From Geosiphon pyriformis uo1 (lineage: Eukaryota > Fungi > Glomeromycota), in NCBI GenBank assembly GCA_016748015.1, contig JAAOMT010000648.1:248001-312000 (forward strand): a DNA stretch of 64,000 nucleotides, read 5' to 3'. This document shows, piece by piece, positions 1-14,824 of this stretch; within the stretch, counting starts at the first letter, position 1, and every line of letters starts with the position of its first letter. The position numbers and the translations under genes are program-made. Below the pieces are notes generated by a model. That model worked only from the letters and a program-made list of their open reading frames with translations, was not told where the DNA came from and ran no database searches.

Positions 1-482
1 CAAGATTAATTAAATTCATTTATCATTAATTGTTAAATTTGCCTTGAAATTTTATTGCCCATCAATCACTAAAGTATTTTCCTGAACAAAATACTTGGAA
101 AAAATCCAAATAGACTTTAATAGAATAACAGTTAAGTTGAAATAAATTTGAGATAAACATTTTTGTTGAAAATAAGAAATTCAATATATATTGAGCTTGA
201 AGATATGGATTGTTTATAGAAAACAAAACAATTCGTCGATTATGTAATTAAATTGTTATCAAGAAATTGGTAAGTCAAAGTGTAATTATTAGGTCTTAAT
301 TCTTTCTATCAAGTCTAAATATTTTGCCTGATGTTAACGTTACAACTTATCAATGTGTTGAGATTGCCTAATGGTAGCGGTACAACTTATCAATATTTTG
401 AGAATAAACTGAATATAAATTTTCTTTTTTATGGAAGTCAAGACCATTGAATTTTTCAAAATCATTGACTATCTCTTTTAAA

Positions 483-1883
483 ATGTTCATAGGATTGATC
501 TTTTTAATTTTTTTAATTTGTTCGAGCTTGAAATTAAAGCTCGAAAATGAGCATAATATATTTGAAGTTACCAAACGATATGAAAAAATTGGTACATAAT
601 TATTTAAAAATTGAAGGGTAATCAAATAATTATAAAACTTAAATTATAATTCAATTCTTAGAAATAAAACAACATGAATTCACTTTGAAGAATGGATCAA
701 AATATGAAAAAAGAGATGATAAAATGAAGTTATTGACACAAACATCAATTCTCAGATATTTGGCTGATGTTGCTTTTTACGCTCATCAAACTTATTGTTT
801 ACAAAAAGATGGTGGTTTTATAGATTTGGGCATTTATGGTAAAGTTAGAATTAATCTAATGCTATTATTTCATAAAAATTTGAATTTTTCTTTTAATTTT
901 CATCTCTTTCCTGATTTTAAAGTTTGGGTCTCCACTACCTCTGAACCATTATCATTTAAAGATGGACCTGCAAAAGCAATTATTGTTCAATTAAGAGGCA
1001 TCGATTTAACTTATGATTTAATGGAAGGAATTTCTAAGGATTTATCAATGATTAAATATTCTTTCAAAAAAAATATTATGGTAGCCAAAGCATTTTATAT
1101 TGAACCGTATAGAGAAAATGCCAAAAACAAAATTTTGTTTATGCTTTCTACATATTTAAAAAATAATATTTATAAACAACATAAATTCGTCTTTACAGGA
1201 CATGGTTCGGGTGGAGGTAAGGTACTATTAATGATTCTTTTTGGCCTTTTTTTTTTTAATAGAATCTGTGAAAAATGCTGAACATTCTCACCCCAAATTC
1301 AATGATGGAATATCCCCAGCCCTAGCTGTGTACGCTGCCTTAGATTTTCGAAACTTTCTAATTGAAAATAAGTCTAAAAGGGATGTTGAAGTTGTAACTT
1401 TTGGTGAACCTCGAATTGGAACAAAATCTTTTTCAATATTTGCTGACTCAATGCTAAGTATTGCACGAGTCACTTTTGCTGACGATTTTGTACCATTGTT
1501 TTTTGCGGAAAAGTTGACTCATCATAATACTGAATTGTGGATTCCTGGGGATGATCATGAATGTAATTGTCCAGATTCTTTGGATGAACCTCGAAAGTTT
1601 CCATTAATTTATAATTGTGTCGTTGTAAGAGGGGATGAAAATTCGGTAAATGAAGATATTATTTTTGAAAAAAGCTTTTTTTTTTTTGCTTCAGTCATTA
1701 AATAATTGATTATATTTTTTTTTGATTATAAATTCGATTTCAAAGATGTGTAATAAACAATTTCACCAGGAAGATACAGCTTCAGTAAAAAAACCTCTTG
1801 AATCACGTGTTCATAACGGACCATACTTTGGCTACATTATGGGACAATGTAGTAAAAAAAGAACAAATTGGATAGAAATCTAA
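483..1883 (+). CDS. L1: class-3 lipase-like protein, nucleophile Ser->Gly (GHGSGG); 5 exons
   Basis: Hydrophobic start MFIGLIFLIFLICSS (483-591, GT-AG intron 592-661 joins in frame to the 685 ORF); AHQTYC; FTGHGSGG|ALA across intron 1218-1319; TFGEPRIG; ADDFVP; CNC; last exon HNGPYFG..MGQC, stop 1881-1883. Confidence 0.85.
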
Positions 1884-2860
1884 AGAAAACTCTGATAATA
1901 GGAAGTCAAGATTAATAAGTTTAGGAATTTTTTTCTTTAATTTTTAGAGATAAATTTTCCTAGTTTAAAAATATATAGGCAATAATAGATTATTCTCTGC
2001 ATTTACTTATTCTATATCTAGGCTAAAAAGAGATTTTATTTAATTGCGATTAGTTTTTAAGATAAAATTATTTCTCAGGTTAATTTTCCAATATCAAAGC
2101 TTTTGATGTTTCTTATCGAGAAATTATTGAATTCAAGTTAAAAAGATATGCTCTTAATGAGTTAAGAAAAAAATTCAGTTTTTGAGACAAGGTTTTAAGG
2201 AATTTTTTTGTGAAATGAATACATCTAGATACGGTAGAAATAATGAAATAGTTTATATATTTTGAAATTAAAAGATTTAAAATACAAACTTTAGAATTAT
2301 CACAAATGGATCTTTTCGAAATTTTTAAAGAATCAAAATTTTGAATAGAATGAAATATGAAGTGTGAGGATTTTTATGTTTCGAGATTTTTATTATTTTA
2401 GTATGACTTTTTTCCTAAAGAATTATCCTGATATGGAATGTTGAACTCATTCTGACGCACCACTGAGACCTTAACCAGTAATTTGAGAAATTAGGTGTTT
2501 GATTCGTTTTCACGACCATCTGAAAAAAAATCAGAATCAACATATGACACACGATCTTTTGATAGATTCGGGAAGTTCAAACAAATAACCAAAAAAATCA
2601 TTGAAAACTAAACAATAATAGACAGAAATCTATCAATGATCGATTCGTAGAATTTTGGCCAAATTTAATAGTTTATTATCAAAAACACTGAAATGATTAT
2701 GTAAGTAAGTGTCCAGAAAAAAACTTTTTTCAACAATGAACGATTCATAAAGTTTACCTTGAAAAAATGTCCTCGATTCTCAAAATAAAAATTTTAGAGA
2801 ATGTAAACACAACCTTATATATATTTCCGAGACGTTGATGCTTCTTTTTATTTTTATTAC

Positions 2861-2875
2861 AATAATAACAACAAC

Positions 2876-2923
<48 letters not shown>
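2861..2923. repeat. (AAT)n microsatellite with a few AAC units
   Basis: Directly visible trinucleotide run upstream of the UPF0014 gene. Confidence 0.95.
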
Positions 2924-2925
<2 letters not shown>

Positions 2926-3051
2926 TCGAACGTATTTTATAGGCCTATAAAACCATTGGGTGATTATGAAAGTTTACTTGGAGAGTTTCTGATTTTGAGT
3001 TACATGATTTTCATTCATGAAATTTTGTCGACTTTTATCACATTATAAACA

Positions 3052-4731
3052 ATGTCTCATCAAGCGATAATACATAATTCAACAGTAACATTTCAAAACA
3101 CTCGTTCCCAAGATGATGTTTCCCATATTCAGTGGTCTAATGTGGGGCTGGCCTCACTTTTCATCTTGGTGAATGGTATGATATGCTTGCTTTGCATTTC
3201 TAAATTTAAATTTGAACTTTTAGATTTAAATTGTCACAACCTGATTACTTTGATAAATTTTAAAATTATGCTGACCAGGAGGAATTTCAATGTGGTTTGG
3301 CCTTGGTTTAGAAAAATCATTATTTATTAGTGCCGTGAGATGCATAATACAATTGACAGTAATGGTAAGGGATAGAATTTTTGGCTATTTTTTTTCTCTT
3401 TGATTCTAATGTTTTTGCTATTAATAGGGTTCCATTCTTGAGGATGTATTTAAAACAGAAAATCCCATATTAATAGTGGCTGTGACTCGTGAGTTTTTTA
3501 AAATTATTTTATTTGGGAGTTTCATTGGTTTTCTTGCAATCTTTAACCCTAATATTTGCCTCGTATGAAAAAAGTACTTTTAACCCTCTTTGGAGCAAAT
3601 GAAATTGTCTTCAATAAAAGTAAACGAAGATTTTCGGGAATGGTACCTTTTTTGATACTTAATAATTCCAAAGATAAATAATATCCAAGAAATTAAAACC
3701 AAAATTTTAAATTTACTAGTTTGTTATTGCATTCGTTTCACTAGCTTTTAGTGGTCTAATAGTGGGAATTATTGGTAAGTTGTCAGTTCATGTTATTGAT
3801 GGAGTCCATCCGGTCATAATTTAATATTTTCCTTTTCTATACAAGGAACACGTTATGCTATGGCACAAACACCATTCTGGACCCCGTACAAGTTTGTTCC
3901 AACAATGGGAATGTTACTTGGAAACTCGATGTCCGGAATTGCTGTTGGGATATCTTGCTGTTTATCACAACTCAGGTAATTCAATTTAACAATCTCTAAA
4001 TCTTTATTTTTGTTTGACCAGAAAATTTAAACCAATTTTCATTTAAGCGAGCAAAGAGACAAAATTGAAACTTATTTGGGATTTGGAGCGACAAGATGGG
4101 AAGCTGGGCGTCCCGTTGCAATAGAAGCTATAAGAATCGCCATGTTACCAACCATTAATGATATGAGGTAAGGGATTCTCTACCTTGGGATTTCACCATG
4201 GAAAATAAACTCGTTGAGCTTTTTAATCTTTTTTAAAGTGTGATCGGATTGATTTCAATCCCTGGAATGATGACCGGGCAAATAATTGCTGGGGCACCGA
4301 TCATGGCGGCAGTCAAATATCAGCAAATCATCATGTTTATGATAACAGCCTCTGTAGCATTAGGTGTCCTTTCTTCAGTTTGTGTGAGTATAAACAAATT
4401 ATTGACTATTATTATAAACACAAATCGTTTAACTAATTTATTTTCATAATACAGCTTTGTATCTACACTTGTATTGATAGCTCTCATCGGCTGCGTACGG
4501 ATCGAATCACCGATGCTGAGCCATGGATATTCGTAAAAATCAGGAAAATGATAAATGGTATGTGGGCAATTAAGATTTTTCATGAACATGTTTAAATATC
4601 TTTAAAAAATTATACAAATCCTTATAGAAACTTTCGCCTACGCAAGAGACACAACCTATGGAGTCTACACGATGATTGGATCAAATTATTCAAATAGTAG
4701 TCAAGACTTGAACGAGAAAATTAGGGTCTAG
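3052..4731 (+). CDS. UPF0014 family membrane protein (YbbM/FetB, plant STAR2/ALS3-like ABC permease), multi-exon
   Basis: Spliced translation gives SAVRCIIQLTVMG, FVPTMGMLLGNSM, IETYLGFGATRWEA, AMLPTIN, GLISIPGMMTGQIIAGA..AVKYQ, which are characteristic UPF0014 motifs; several GT-AG introns. Confidence 0.9.
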
Positions 4732-5122
4732 TTTGTATTTTTTAGAAAATTGAATTGAACGTAAATAAAATTAGGCAAAATTTGGGTATGTCTACAAAAA
4801 ATAAATTAGGCTAGCCACTCGTCACTTTCAGGTGAATCAAAGGCTAAAAATATTTAACGTCCATCTCCTAATTCAAAAACGTGTAAATTTTACGGAAGAT
4901 CCTTTAAAACCATGATAATAACAAAACTAAATGCCAAATAAAAATTAAAAGATAATTCTGGTGTTTTCTATCTTTCGAATAAAAGTTTTCCCATACCTAT
5001 TTTGTTATTGTTTACGTCATTAACCAGTAGATAAGATGCTATTTAAAAATTTTCGGAAAGAGAAATTTTTTTGTTTCTATTTTTAAAAAACATTGATTAG
5101 AAAATCTCGTAACAAAAATCAA

Positions 5123-6648
5123 ATGAAGGAAAAGAAGAATCTTTGTCTTCAATTTCTGTTACCTCTTTTCATAAAATTTGTTGTACCTATTACAATTGTG
5201 ATATTCACAATTGAGAACATTCAAAAAAATGGTCAATTTTCGATAAAACTTAAAAATAAAAAAGAATTTCAACAAAATTTCAATATACCTTATCCAAAAG
5301 AGATTGATTACAAGAATTTCACCGACAAATTTCTTAAAATTCATATAATAAAAAAGAAATTAAAAAATGAGGCTCTATCTAAAATCTGGTCAGTTAATAA
5401 TAAAGAGTCATTTCAAGATCCAAAGATTTTTCACAAATCAAGTTCAAAGATAAAAGGTCGAAGTTGGAGCTTTAGGTCAGAAGAAGAAGACCCTCAAGAG
5501 ATAAAAATTTTGGATTATTCAGATATTGATTTTATTGAAATTATTTCTCGGTTTGCTCATTGGTCAAATCAAGCTTATTGTAAAGCTGATGTGAACTTTT
5601 ATCAGGTGGTCTCAATTCGTGGAGCACTAGGTACTCTGTTCATTATTCAAGTGTAGAAAATTTTTTGATTATCTCTTTATCAAATCTGTAAACTCTTTTT
5701 TACTTTTGTACTATTTCAAAAGCTAAGGTATTTTTTGAACCAGAATTCAGAGTAATAGTAGCATCTTTTCAAGGGCAAATTTTTTCTAGCCTGCAATGGA
5801 CCAAGAGAAAATCTAATTTAGTTGCATACAAAAATGGTGGTCAACTTATCGATCGTGATGCAAGAGTCGATGAAATATGGTTTCAAGATGTAGAAGCAAT
5901 GAAAGATTCATTGATTTCTTTGATCAAACACTTGGTTTTATTAAATTTACAAAAGGAAGAGATATTTATTTGGCTTACTGGTCATGGAATTGGTGGTGGT
6001 AAGTGTTGATATTAAGCAGAGAAATCAAATTATTTTTTTAATATTTTTTCAAAAACTTTAACCAAAAAAACAGCATATGCAGTATTATCCGCTTTGGCAC
6101 TTGTATTGGATGGAAAACTCTCTTTTGAATTAGATCGTGATCAATTTAATATTCACTTTTGGACGATAACCTTTGGGCAACCGCGAATAGGGAATTCGAA
6201 ATTCAGTCAATTTGTTAATGATGAGCTTCAAGTTATTCGTGTCACTCATACAAATGATTACGTCCCACATTATCCTCAATTTTCATTTCACCAACAAATT
6301 TTGAAACATCACCAAGAAGAACATTGGTTGGCCCCACCGCCTACATGTGATTGCGAAGAATTGGACAAGATTCCGCTTTATGCTGGGTTAGCCGTTTACG
6401 TATGTAAAGGAATAGAAGAAAACAAGGTATTTTTTTTTTTTTTTTTTTTTAAGAAAAAAACCTCTGTAGAATATGTTGAGAAAGAAATTCTCTAATTTAA
6501 ACCGTCATTTCTGAAAATTCAATCGCACTAGAAATGTAATGCGGGACAAGTACAGACCGTTAGGAGCTCAATTTCTCATAACGGACCGTATTTCGGAGTA
6601 AAAATGCGGGATTGTCGCTCCTATGTCGACCGATTATATAGTTTATGA
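5123..6648 (+). CDS. L2: class-3 lipase-like protein, Ser->Gly (GHGIGG)
   Basis: N-terminal hydrophobic segment; NQAYC; LTGHGIGG|AYA; TFGQPRIG; TNDYVP; CDC; SHNGPYFGVKMRDC; stop 6646-6648. Confidence 0.9.
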
Positions 6649-8871
6649 TATATTCTTTGATGTAATGTGATTCAAAATCAACTTAAAAAAAATTGTTTTT
6701 ATGCAATGATATCGATAGTAAAATTCATAATGATCAAAGATGGGTTACACAATCACTGATTTTATTATCAAGATCCAAAATGTTTCTATTAAAATAAATA
6801 AATTTTTGTAAATGCACAGAATTTTAAAAATAAAATTAGAAATGGTGACTGATATCTTAATTCGAACTTAATTTTAAACAGAAATTGCTAACTATACATC
6901 CAAGAGTCATTATAAGTTTTACAAGATTCATTAAAACTTTGCAGATAGACTTTTGCAATAAAGTTGAATACTAAAAATTCCCAAAAAGTATAAGAATCAT
7001 TATACTGTTTACATTTTCAAAAAATTTGACCGATTAAACTGTAACAAAGAAATCTCGACTTATTTAATGAACGTTTCCATATATTTTTATCTGAAAAGAG
7101 CACCATTTCAAAAAATTTCTTTTTCATAAAATAAAAATGAAACAATATTATTAATTTAGAAAATTCTATTTATGAACCAATGTGATTTGAAAATACATTA
7201 TATAAAATTATATAAAGTATATAAATTATTTTATTTTAATTAATTATTTTAAATAAATTATCAAAAAAAAAGTTTAAACAAGAAGCTTTATTCCAATGTG
7301 GTCACGAAAAATTTTAAATTCCTAGCAACTTTTATTACTCAAAAACCAATATTTACAAAAATATTTTATCAAAAATTTGTATTTCTACCTATACCAGAAT
7401 TTTTAATTGACAAATTTTTTCTACAATTTTTTCAAACAATAAAAAAAAATGTAATTCAAGATTTCTCTTGCTTTCTTCTTTATTTGCCTTTTGTTTTTGT
7501 GACAGATAAAACCTGGTTTGATGACAAAAATGTTTTAACAAGTTTATTGACAATAAATAAGTCAATTATTTAAATGTTCTAATAAGCAAATGTTGAAACA
7601 AAAAAACAAACGAAAAAGTAAACAATCATAAATAAGTCCCTATAATTAAAGCTATAACATGAAAAATTCCAGTAAGACGTCAAAATCAGGGTTTTTTTAA
7701 TTTGATGTTTATGAAAGAAATAATGGAAAAAAATAATCTGTTGAAATATTGTTTATATTTTTCATTCATTGGAAGTGAAAACTTGTACTCGAATGTATTT
7801 GAAAGGTTGTTTAATAAGGATAAGAGTGGCGAAAGGGGATTAGGAAAAGATATGAATGAAAAAACATGGTTGAAACCATAAAGATGGGCCCCATTCTGTT
7901 TTTATACATTTTTGAGCATGTCATTAATAGGGTCGTGGAAGAAATTGCAAGTATGTTTTATTCTTTGTAACACAGTCTTTATTCAAGTATTATTTATACC
8001 TTTCTGAATGGCTTTAAATCACATTAGTAAAATGAAAAAAGAAAGGTCAAAAAGGTAAACGCAGAGAAAAAAATAAATTATTGATTTAATATTTTAAAAC
8101 GAAAATATCATGTGAAATTCAATGTTAATCAACTTCTTAAATTTATGAATTGTAAAATTGTTTGTATTTAGATTATTAAAATTTTTTTTAAGTAAAAAAG
8201 AACCATTGCTTTAAAAGTCTAATTAGCAATAAAAGATTTTCGAATTAAGGTTGTTAGAAAATTTTGGTATTCTAGAAATAACTTTAATGTATCATGTTTT
8301 ACGTAAAATTTTATTTTATAATAGGTTAGTCTTTTTCTTTAAAGCCTAAAAATGACCCCAATAAAATTTTAGAAAATTATGGAAAACTAAGGGAAATAAA
8401 TTATAACGAATACTACATGTATCATTTTTAAGAATTAATCCTAAATAAATTATTTTGGGTTGAGACTTAGAAGTATATGATTAGAATTCTTATCACATGC
8501 AAATGTATCATATAAACAAATCTTTCCTGAAAAAAGCTGCTTTAAATTATTCAAACTTCAGGTACTTGTCTACACTCTTTCGAGATTTTTATAAAATTCT
8601 CAATGAATAACTTTTCATTATATTTGTAAAGCTAAATTTTTTTGCCAATATATTTTGTTTTAAATTGTTGAATCTGTGGTCAATAGATAAAAATTGTTAT
8701 ACTATGTGTTATATTATTGAAAAAAAATGGAAAATTTGATAAATCTGTAACTTTTTAGCTTTCTAATAAACTATTTTACATGTAATTTTGGGTTTAATCA
8801 TTGTGGAGTAATGATTAAATGATTTTTGTCCAGACTTTATTAACACACTGCATGCATCTTTTTTATCTTTT

Positions 8872-10265
8872 TCATTTGCAGTTCTTCATGAAAATGTCAA
8901 AATAAGGTCCAAAATGAGGTGAAGGGGTATGAAGATCTAATAAATTTTGTCCTAATAAACCTTGTCCTTGATTGCATTCCTAAAAAAAAAAAAAATAGAA
9001 ATTTGGCAAAATAGAAATTATTATTTACTTTTTACAGTGAATCTACAATTGGATTTTTTTTAATAAATTTCATACCAAATTTTCACCAAAAATAGATTTA
9101 TCTTTATAATACCCTGGACATCTATATAGCTCAAAATAACCTTGATTTTCTGAAAAAATTGCATATGGATTTCTGCAATCGCAATCTGGATGTGAAATCC
9201 AGAATTCAGTTTCATGATGTTCGTAAAATTTTTCTCGTGGTGGGAACCGTGGAACGTGATCATTGGTATGTGTAATGCGATAAACGTTCAATACTTTGTT
9301 AATGTGGGCTGCCAGGACTGGATTACCAATTCTTGGTTGACCAAAAGTGACTACGACTATCCTCACATATTTATATAATCTTGTGAGGAGAATGTGTTTT
9401 CTGAAGCTTAGCGCTGCCAACACAGCGTACGCTGGATCGGTAAATTTTTTAATTTTAAAATAATTTCGAGAATAAAATAAAAGTTTAAAAATTTTCTAGA
9501 TTATCGTTAAAACTAATTTACCTCCACCAATTCCATGTCCCGTAAATGACATTCTCTTTAGACCATGTGGTCCAGGAGAAAATAAAGGAATTGAATCTTC
9601 CAGTAATCTAGGCATTATAAATTCAACTTGATCGTACCATGTTTTGTCTACGGATGCTCCTGAAACAAAAGGATACTTTATTAAGTAATTCTCTCTCAAA
9701 CTCCATTGCTTCGGAGAAAGGGCTCTATTGGTCCCGAAATAGGCAACTACTTGGTAGGATGTTTTATCGAGAAATATGTCGGCTAAATTTTGAACAAAAT
9801 TTTTTAATTTTAGCCAAGTGATCATTATAAAAATAACAGATATTCTTTTTTTAAATAAATAAACATACCAACAAAGTTGAGAAAAACTTTGCCGTAGTCG
9901 TTTGAATTGTGACAATATGCAAGATTTGCAAATTTTGCAAATTTCTTGAAAACACTTTTATAAATTGGATGGGAAATATTTTTCTTATGAGGATACAATG
10001 GATATAATTCGCCTATGCCAGTACCCAAATTACTTGATAAAGGCTGTACATTAGCAAAACTTTGGAAATTTCTATTTTCACGCTTCCACATCAAAATTAC
10101 ATTTTTTTGATTAAATCCTCCTACCCATCCAAAATATTTATAAAGGGAAAATAGTCCAAGAATGAAAATCCATAAAAAGATTAATCTCTTTAATCGCCAG
10201 TCATGTTTGATAAGAGAATTAAAATTTTCAGGTTTCCTTTTGAATGTGAAACAAAAAATTGACAT
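8872..10265 (-). CDS. L3: class-3 lipase-like protein, Ser->Gly (GHGIGG)
   Basis: ORFs 9825-10265, 9496-9915 and 9070-9423 plus last exon ECNQG..PHFGPYFDIFMKNCK*; ANLAYC, FTGHGIGG, TFGQPRIG, TNDHVP, CDC. Confidence 0.9.
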
Positions 10266-11122
10266 TATTAAAACGTGAAATACCCAGGGGTAATTAACAG
10301 ATTATAAAGATTAAACTTTAAAAAAAATGTTCATTTTTCTTTGTTTTAATCATTTTTATTAAGTGAATAAAAAGATAATTTTTTGTTTTTTTATTACAAA
10401 TTATTTTCTCTTTGATGTTTAAATTATCAGTAATTAATTTTGGATTTAAATGAGATATTTATTATCAGTTTTGGTTATTTGAGATGAGAGCTTCCATTTT
10501 AAAAAATTTTTGTCGATATGTTTAACCCTGCTTTCTGGTATTCTTACTCAAAATAGTTGTTTTAAAAATTAAGCTTAATCCCGATTAACTCTCATAAATA
10601 GAAAAATTTTTTGCGAAAAGCGAGACATGTGATATCCTATGTTTGTGTAAATGAAAAACACCACCCAAGCTGATCGGCATCATCATCGATGTGCCCAACT
10701 CATTCGCTAAATTAAAATTTCATTACTACCCACCATATAAAATTTTCATTATTTAAAAGTTAATACTTGGCGCAAAGAAAAGATTGAGATTTCGAATCAA
10801 AATTTTTTATCTCTCTCTCTCTCTTTGATAATAGTACATCCTCAACTTGAAAATTGAAATAAGCCGAGATTCAAAAAATGTGACTACAAAATTCCGGAAT
10901 TTGCTGAAATTAACTCTTTGACTGTTCAAAGTTCAATAGGAAAAATAGAGCGAGAGCAAAAATTTGGTTTCTTTATATGAAAGAGAAGATTTTGATATTT
11001 AGCAAAAAATTGAAGCCATTCTTTAATTTTTGAACTATAAACTTGTGGAACATGTATTTACATACAGTGTTGTTTCTATTGAACACCAAACTAAAAATTT
11101 TTTTCTAATGCTTTAACGAATT

Positions 11123-12692
11123 TCAACGATAATTCTTTCTGATGTTATTTAAATTTTGTGGGCCACATTCACTCATTAACACATTGAAATATGGACCATA
11201 ATGAACTGAAATGTCTCCGCTGACTGTCCCTGCAATACAATCCTAGAAAAAAAAAACCAAATGACTATCTTAAGATAGCTGAATTGTCTAGTGAAATGTT
11301 TTGACAATACTCTCACTTACAGGATTTTCACCGACAGAAATTCCAAGCTCATGTTCCCAAACGCCTCGACATTCAAATAATTCTACATCTTTTTGTGATT
11401 TTGGAATATTCGTACAATCACAATCCTGTAAAGCAATCCAGTATTCAATTTCATGGTGCTTAAACTCATCACTATCTCCGGAATTTATTGGAAACAAAGG
11501 AACGGGATCATTTTTATATGTCACTCGATAGACTTGATTTTTCAATAGATTATTCACATAATTTGCAAATTCTGCGTTTCCTATGCGTGGTTGTCCGAAT
11601 GTCACAACTGCAATGTCAACGTATATTTTTCCAAATATTTGGGTAAATTTCAAATCTTTCATGTATTCTGCGAAGCTAATAGCCGCTAGAACAGCATATA
11701 CTTATAATCGAAATAAAAAAATTCAGATTCATTAATTAATAGTTAAAATGAAAAATTAGACAAAATTTCACATACCACCACCAATTCCATGACCTGTAAA
11801 ACGCATTTGAAGAATTCTCAATTTCTGAGATTTGAATAAGTCTTCAATTTTTGAAATCATTCTTTCAATCATGGCTTCTACTTCGTCATACCAAATCATG
11901 TCCACAAGTAAATTTTGAATTCTCTTATACGATACCATTTTTCTTCTTTTCGGTCGGTTGGAAGGCTTCATTCCACGAAAGTAGGCAATCATCTCTGTTG
12001 TTCCTGGATCAAATACAATGTCAGCTAATTATGAAGGCAAAAATTCTCAGGTTTAGATAAATTTTCGAGGTTGGTAGATAAATTTTGATTGGAAAAATTT
12101 ATATAATTTTTTTTTTACCTATAATACCACTCTGAATTGCAATTTGACCTATTTCATTATTATTAGAGCAGTATGGATAATTTGCAAATTTAGCCATCCT
12201 GCCCAAAAACCCCAAAATCTCTGATTCTTTTACTAGTACTTTTGGGGGAGCTGGCCTTGGGAACGCTCCTAATGTCTCAATTGGATTAATTGAAATAAAA
12301 TCAGTACGTTTATTAATGGTCAACTCGGATTTTCCTCGGCGTGTCTCATCTCTGGTAACTTTGAATATATTATTTTCATTAAACTCTACAGACTTTGAAC
12401 GTCTTGTTAATATGCTATATTTGAGTCTATTTTTTGGAATTATAGGTTGTGAGATATTTTGTGAGATAGGTTGTGAGATATATTGTTCTAATGAAATATT
12501 TGTACGTAAAAAAATTTGCTCTCTTTTTTCAATATTAGCCGCAGTAAAATGGGAGATACAATTTGTGAAAATAACTGAAACCCATAAAGATTTCATAAAT
12601 CTTATTATCGAAAAGGAAAACAAAAAATAAAGATAAATATAATTAAGCGGTTTTATCAAAGGATAAATGATTTGCAAGTTTATCTTCGACAT
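11123..12692 (-). CDS. L4: class-3 lipase-like protein, Ser->Gly (GHGIGG)
   Basis: ANYPYC, YFRG, FTGHGIGG, TFGQPRIG, KNDPVP, CDC, last exon DCIAG..VHYGPYFNVLMSEC; start may be the downstream Met (MKSLWVS). Confidence 0.9.
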
Positions 12693-13377
12693 TGTAAGCG
12701 ATTAATGCAAAAGAAACTAATATTAGAATATCTCCTGGCATAAACAAATGTAATAATTCTCTTTCAATTTATCAATTTTTCAAAGAGTTTCAAATATAAA
12801 TAGCTGTGATTGATGATTGGGTGAAGATTTTCCGTTTCAAGTATTTTCTCCGAAAAAAAGTTTTCTTATCATTATTTAATCAAAAAGCAGATGAAAAAAA
12901 CTTTCCTTATTTCAATAATTTTGTTGCGGGAAAAATTTAATTTTTGAACGAATGATATTCATTACTCTTTGACATTAAATTTTTTTTTTCAATAAATTCT
13001 AAAATCTTGTTCTACAATTATCTTGAACAAAATTTTCCCAATATATTAATGTAACATCTAAACCTTTTTTTTATTATGCTGTTCGAGTAAATTTTGTTGA
13101 AAATTTTGCTTGTTAAGTTGTAACTAAACGAATAGTTTTTCCTCGGAGACTAATATCGGAACAAAAAGAGCTTGTGTTTAAATTGAAATAAACTAAATAC
13201 ATGTACTAAATTATATCAAGAAAACAAGTTTTGGCAAGTTTAAACATGAAAGATGAAAAGATTCTCATTTCAATTTATATCATTATCAAAAAGGTTTTTC
13301 CATATCTTCAAACTCGTTTTGTAAACAATTCGTTGCAACTTAATAAATAATTTTCACTTAGTATCTTTAAATTTGGT

Positions 13378-14824
13378 TCATAATTGAAAATCCTTACAAT
13401 TATTCATGGTAGTTCCAAAATACGGGCCAAAATGAGCTAATGAATTCCCAGGTGAAGCTCCAACATTGCAATCCTAAAGAATTAAGCAATTAAAACAATC
13501 AATCCGAGAGTAAAAAATCGAAAATCTTTGTAAAGCAAGCAAAGAAAGCAAGCAAGAAAGAAGAAAGAAAGAAAGAAAAAAGTAATCGTACCGGATTTTC
13601 TCCTACAGCGTTTCCAATATCATGTTCCCAAATACCACGACATTCATATAAATTATAGCTTGAATCTATCTCTGTGAGTCTTCGAGTTGTTTCACAATCA
13701 CAATCTCTTTTCGAAATCCAAAACTCTAATTCATGATGTATAAAATAAGGTAGGTCATCAGAATTCATAGGAAAACGTGGTATTGGATCATTTTTATTGG
13801 TGACGCGAAATATTTTGTCCTTTAAATTCAAATTAATATAGTTGGCAAGTTGTGGATTTCCAATACGTGGCTGACCAAATGTTATGACAGAAAAATCGAT
13901 TTCTAGATCTTTCCAAAATCCGAATAAACTTCCAGTATCTTTCGTCAGCTCTGTCCAAATTAAACCCGCTAGTACTGCATAAACTTTGGGAAAAAAACGT
14001 TAGAGTCATTTAATATTTTAGCGATTAATTCACATATAGTACTTTCGAAAACTTACCTCCACCAAGGCCATGACCAATGAAACAAAGTTTGAATTTTTTT
14101 ATTCCATGAGATCTTATCTCATATCCAATTTTTAACGTTAGAGATTTCATTAAAACCTTAGTCTCATTAAACCATATCTTATTTACGTAGAGACCTTTAT
14201 GGTTATTGTATTGAGACATTCCCTGCCAATCTATTTTCTCTCTTTTCAGATTCATATCTCTTCCCTTGAAATATGCAACTAACTCTTTAAACTTTTTGTT
14301 CCAAATAACGTCAGCTAAAGAAATAAGAGAATAATTTGGTCTTTTGAATTTTAATTTAAATATCTCACGAATTAATGGTGTGTCTTAACTTTGAAAAAAA
14401 ATTTACCAACAGCTCCTGGTACACCAAATCCAATATCGTTATTTTCAGGGAAGCAGTAGGCCATATTAGCAAATTTTGCCATCCTTGACAAGAAATATAA
14501 AATCCTGAACTCATTTACATTGATAACCGGGGGTGAAGGTGGTGAATTTTTTCCCCAACGATCTTTTGGAGCCGTTGCAATTTTATCTTTTCTGTTTAAA
14601 ATTTGACGTTTGAGAATCCGTTCTTGAATCTTTTCTTGTGATTGTGAATCAAGATTTATCAATTGAGAAAGTCCGTCTGTGTATGATTCTTGTTTTAGAA
14701 ATATATTTTTTAAACTAAAAGAATTTAAAGATAATGAATAAAAGTGAAAATTTATTGTCAATGTCAACAACCAGAGAATAACCAGGATTTTTTGAGCGAA
14801 AATTTTGGTAAACATATGAACCAT
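13378..14824 (-). CDS. L5: class-3 lipase-like protein, Ser->Gly (GHGLGG)
   Basis: ANMAYC, YFKG, FIGHGLGG, TFGQPRIG, KNDPIP, CDC, last exon DCNVG..AHFGPYFGTTMNNC. Confidence 0.9.

Noticed and set aside
331-450. Upstream ATG extension of L1 and a 14-bp direct repeat (tacaacttatcaat at 341 and 381)
   Set aside because: Out of frame with the signal exon at a T-run (could be a homopolymer error); the repeat is too short to interpret.
12440-12482. 12-bp repeats encoding ISQPISQNISQPI in L4
   Set aside because: Small slippage duplication in a variable propeptide; no evidence of separate significance.
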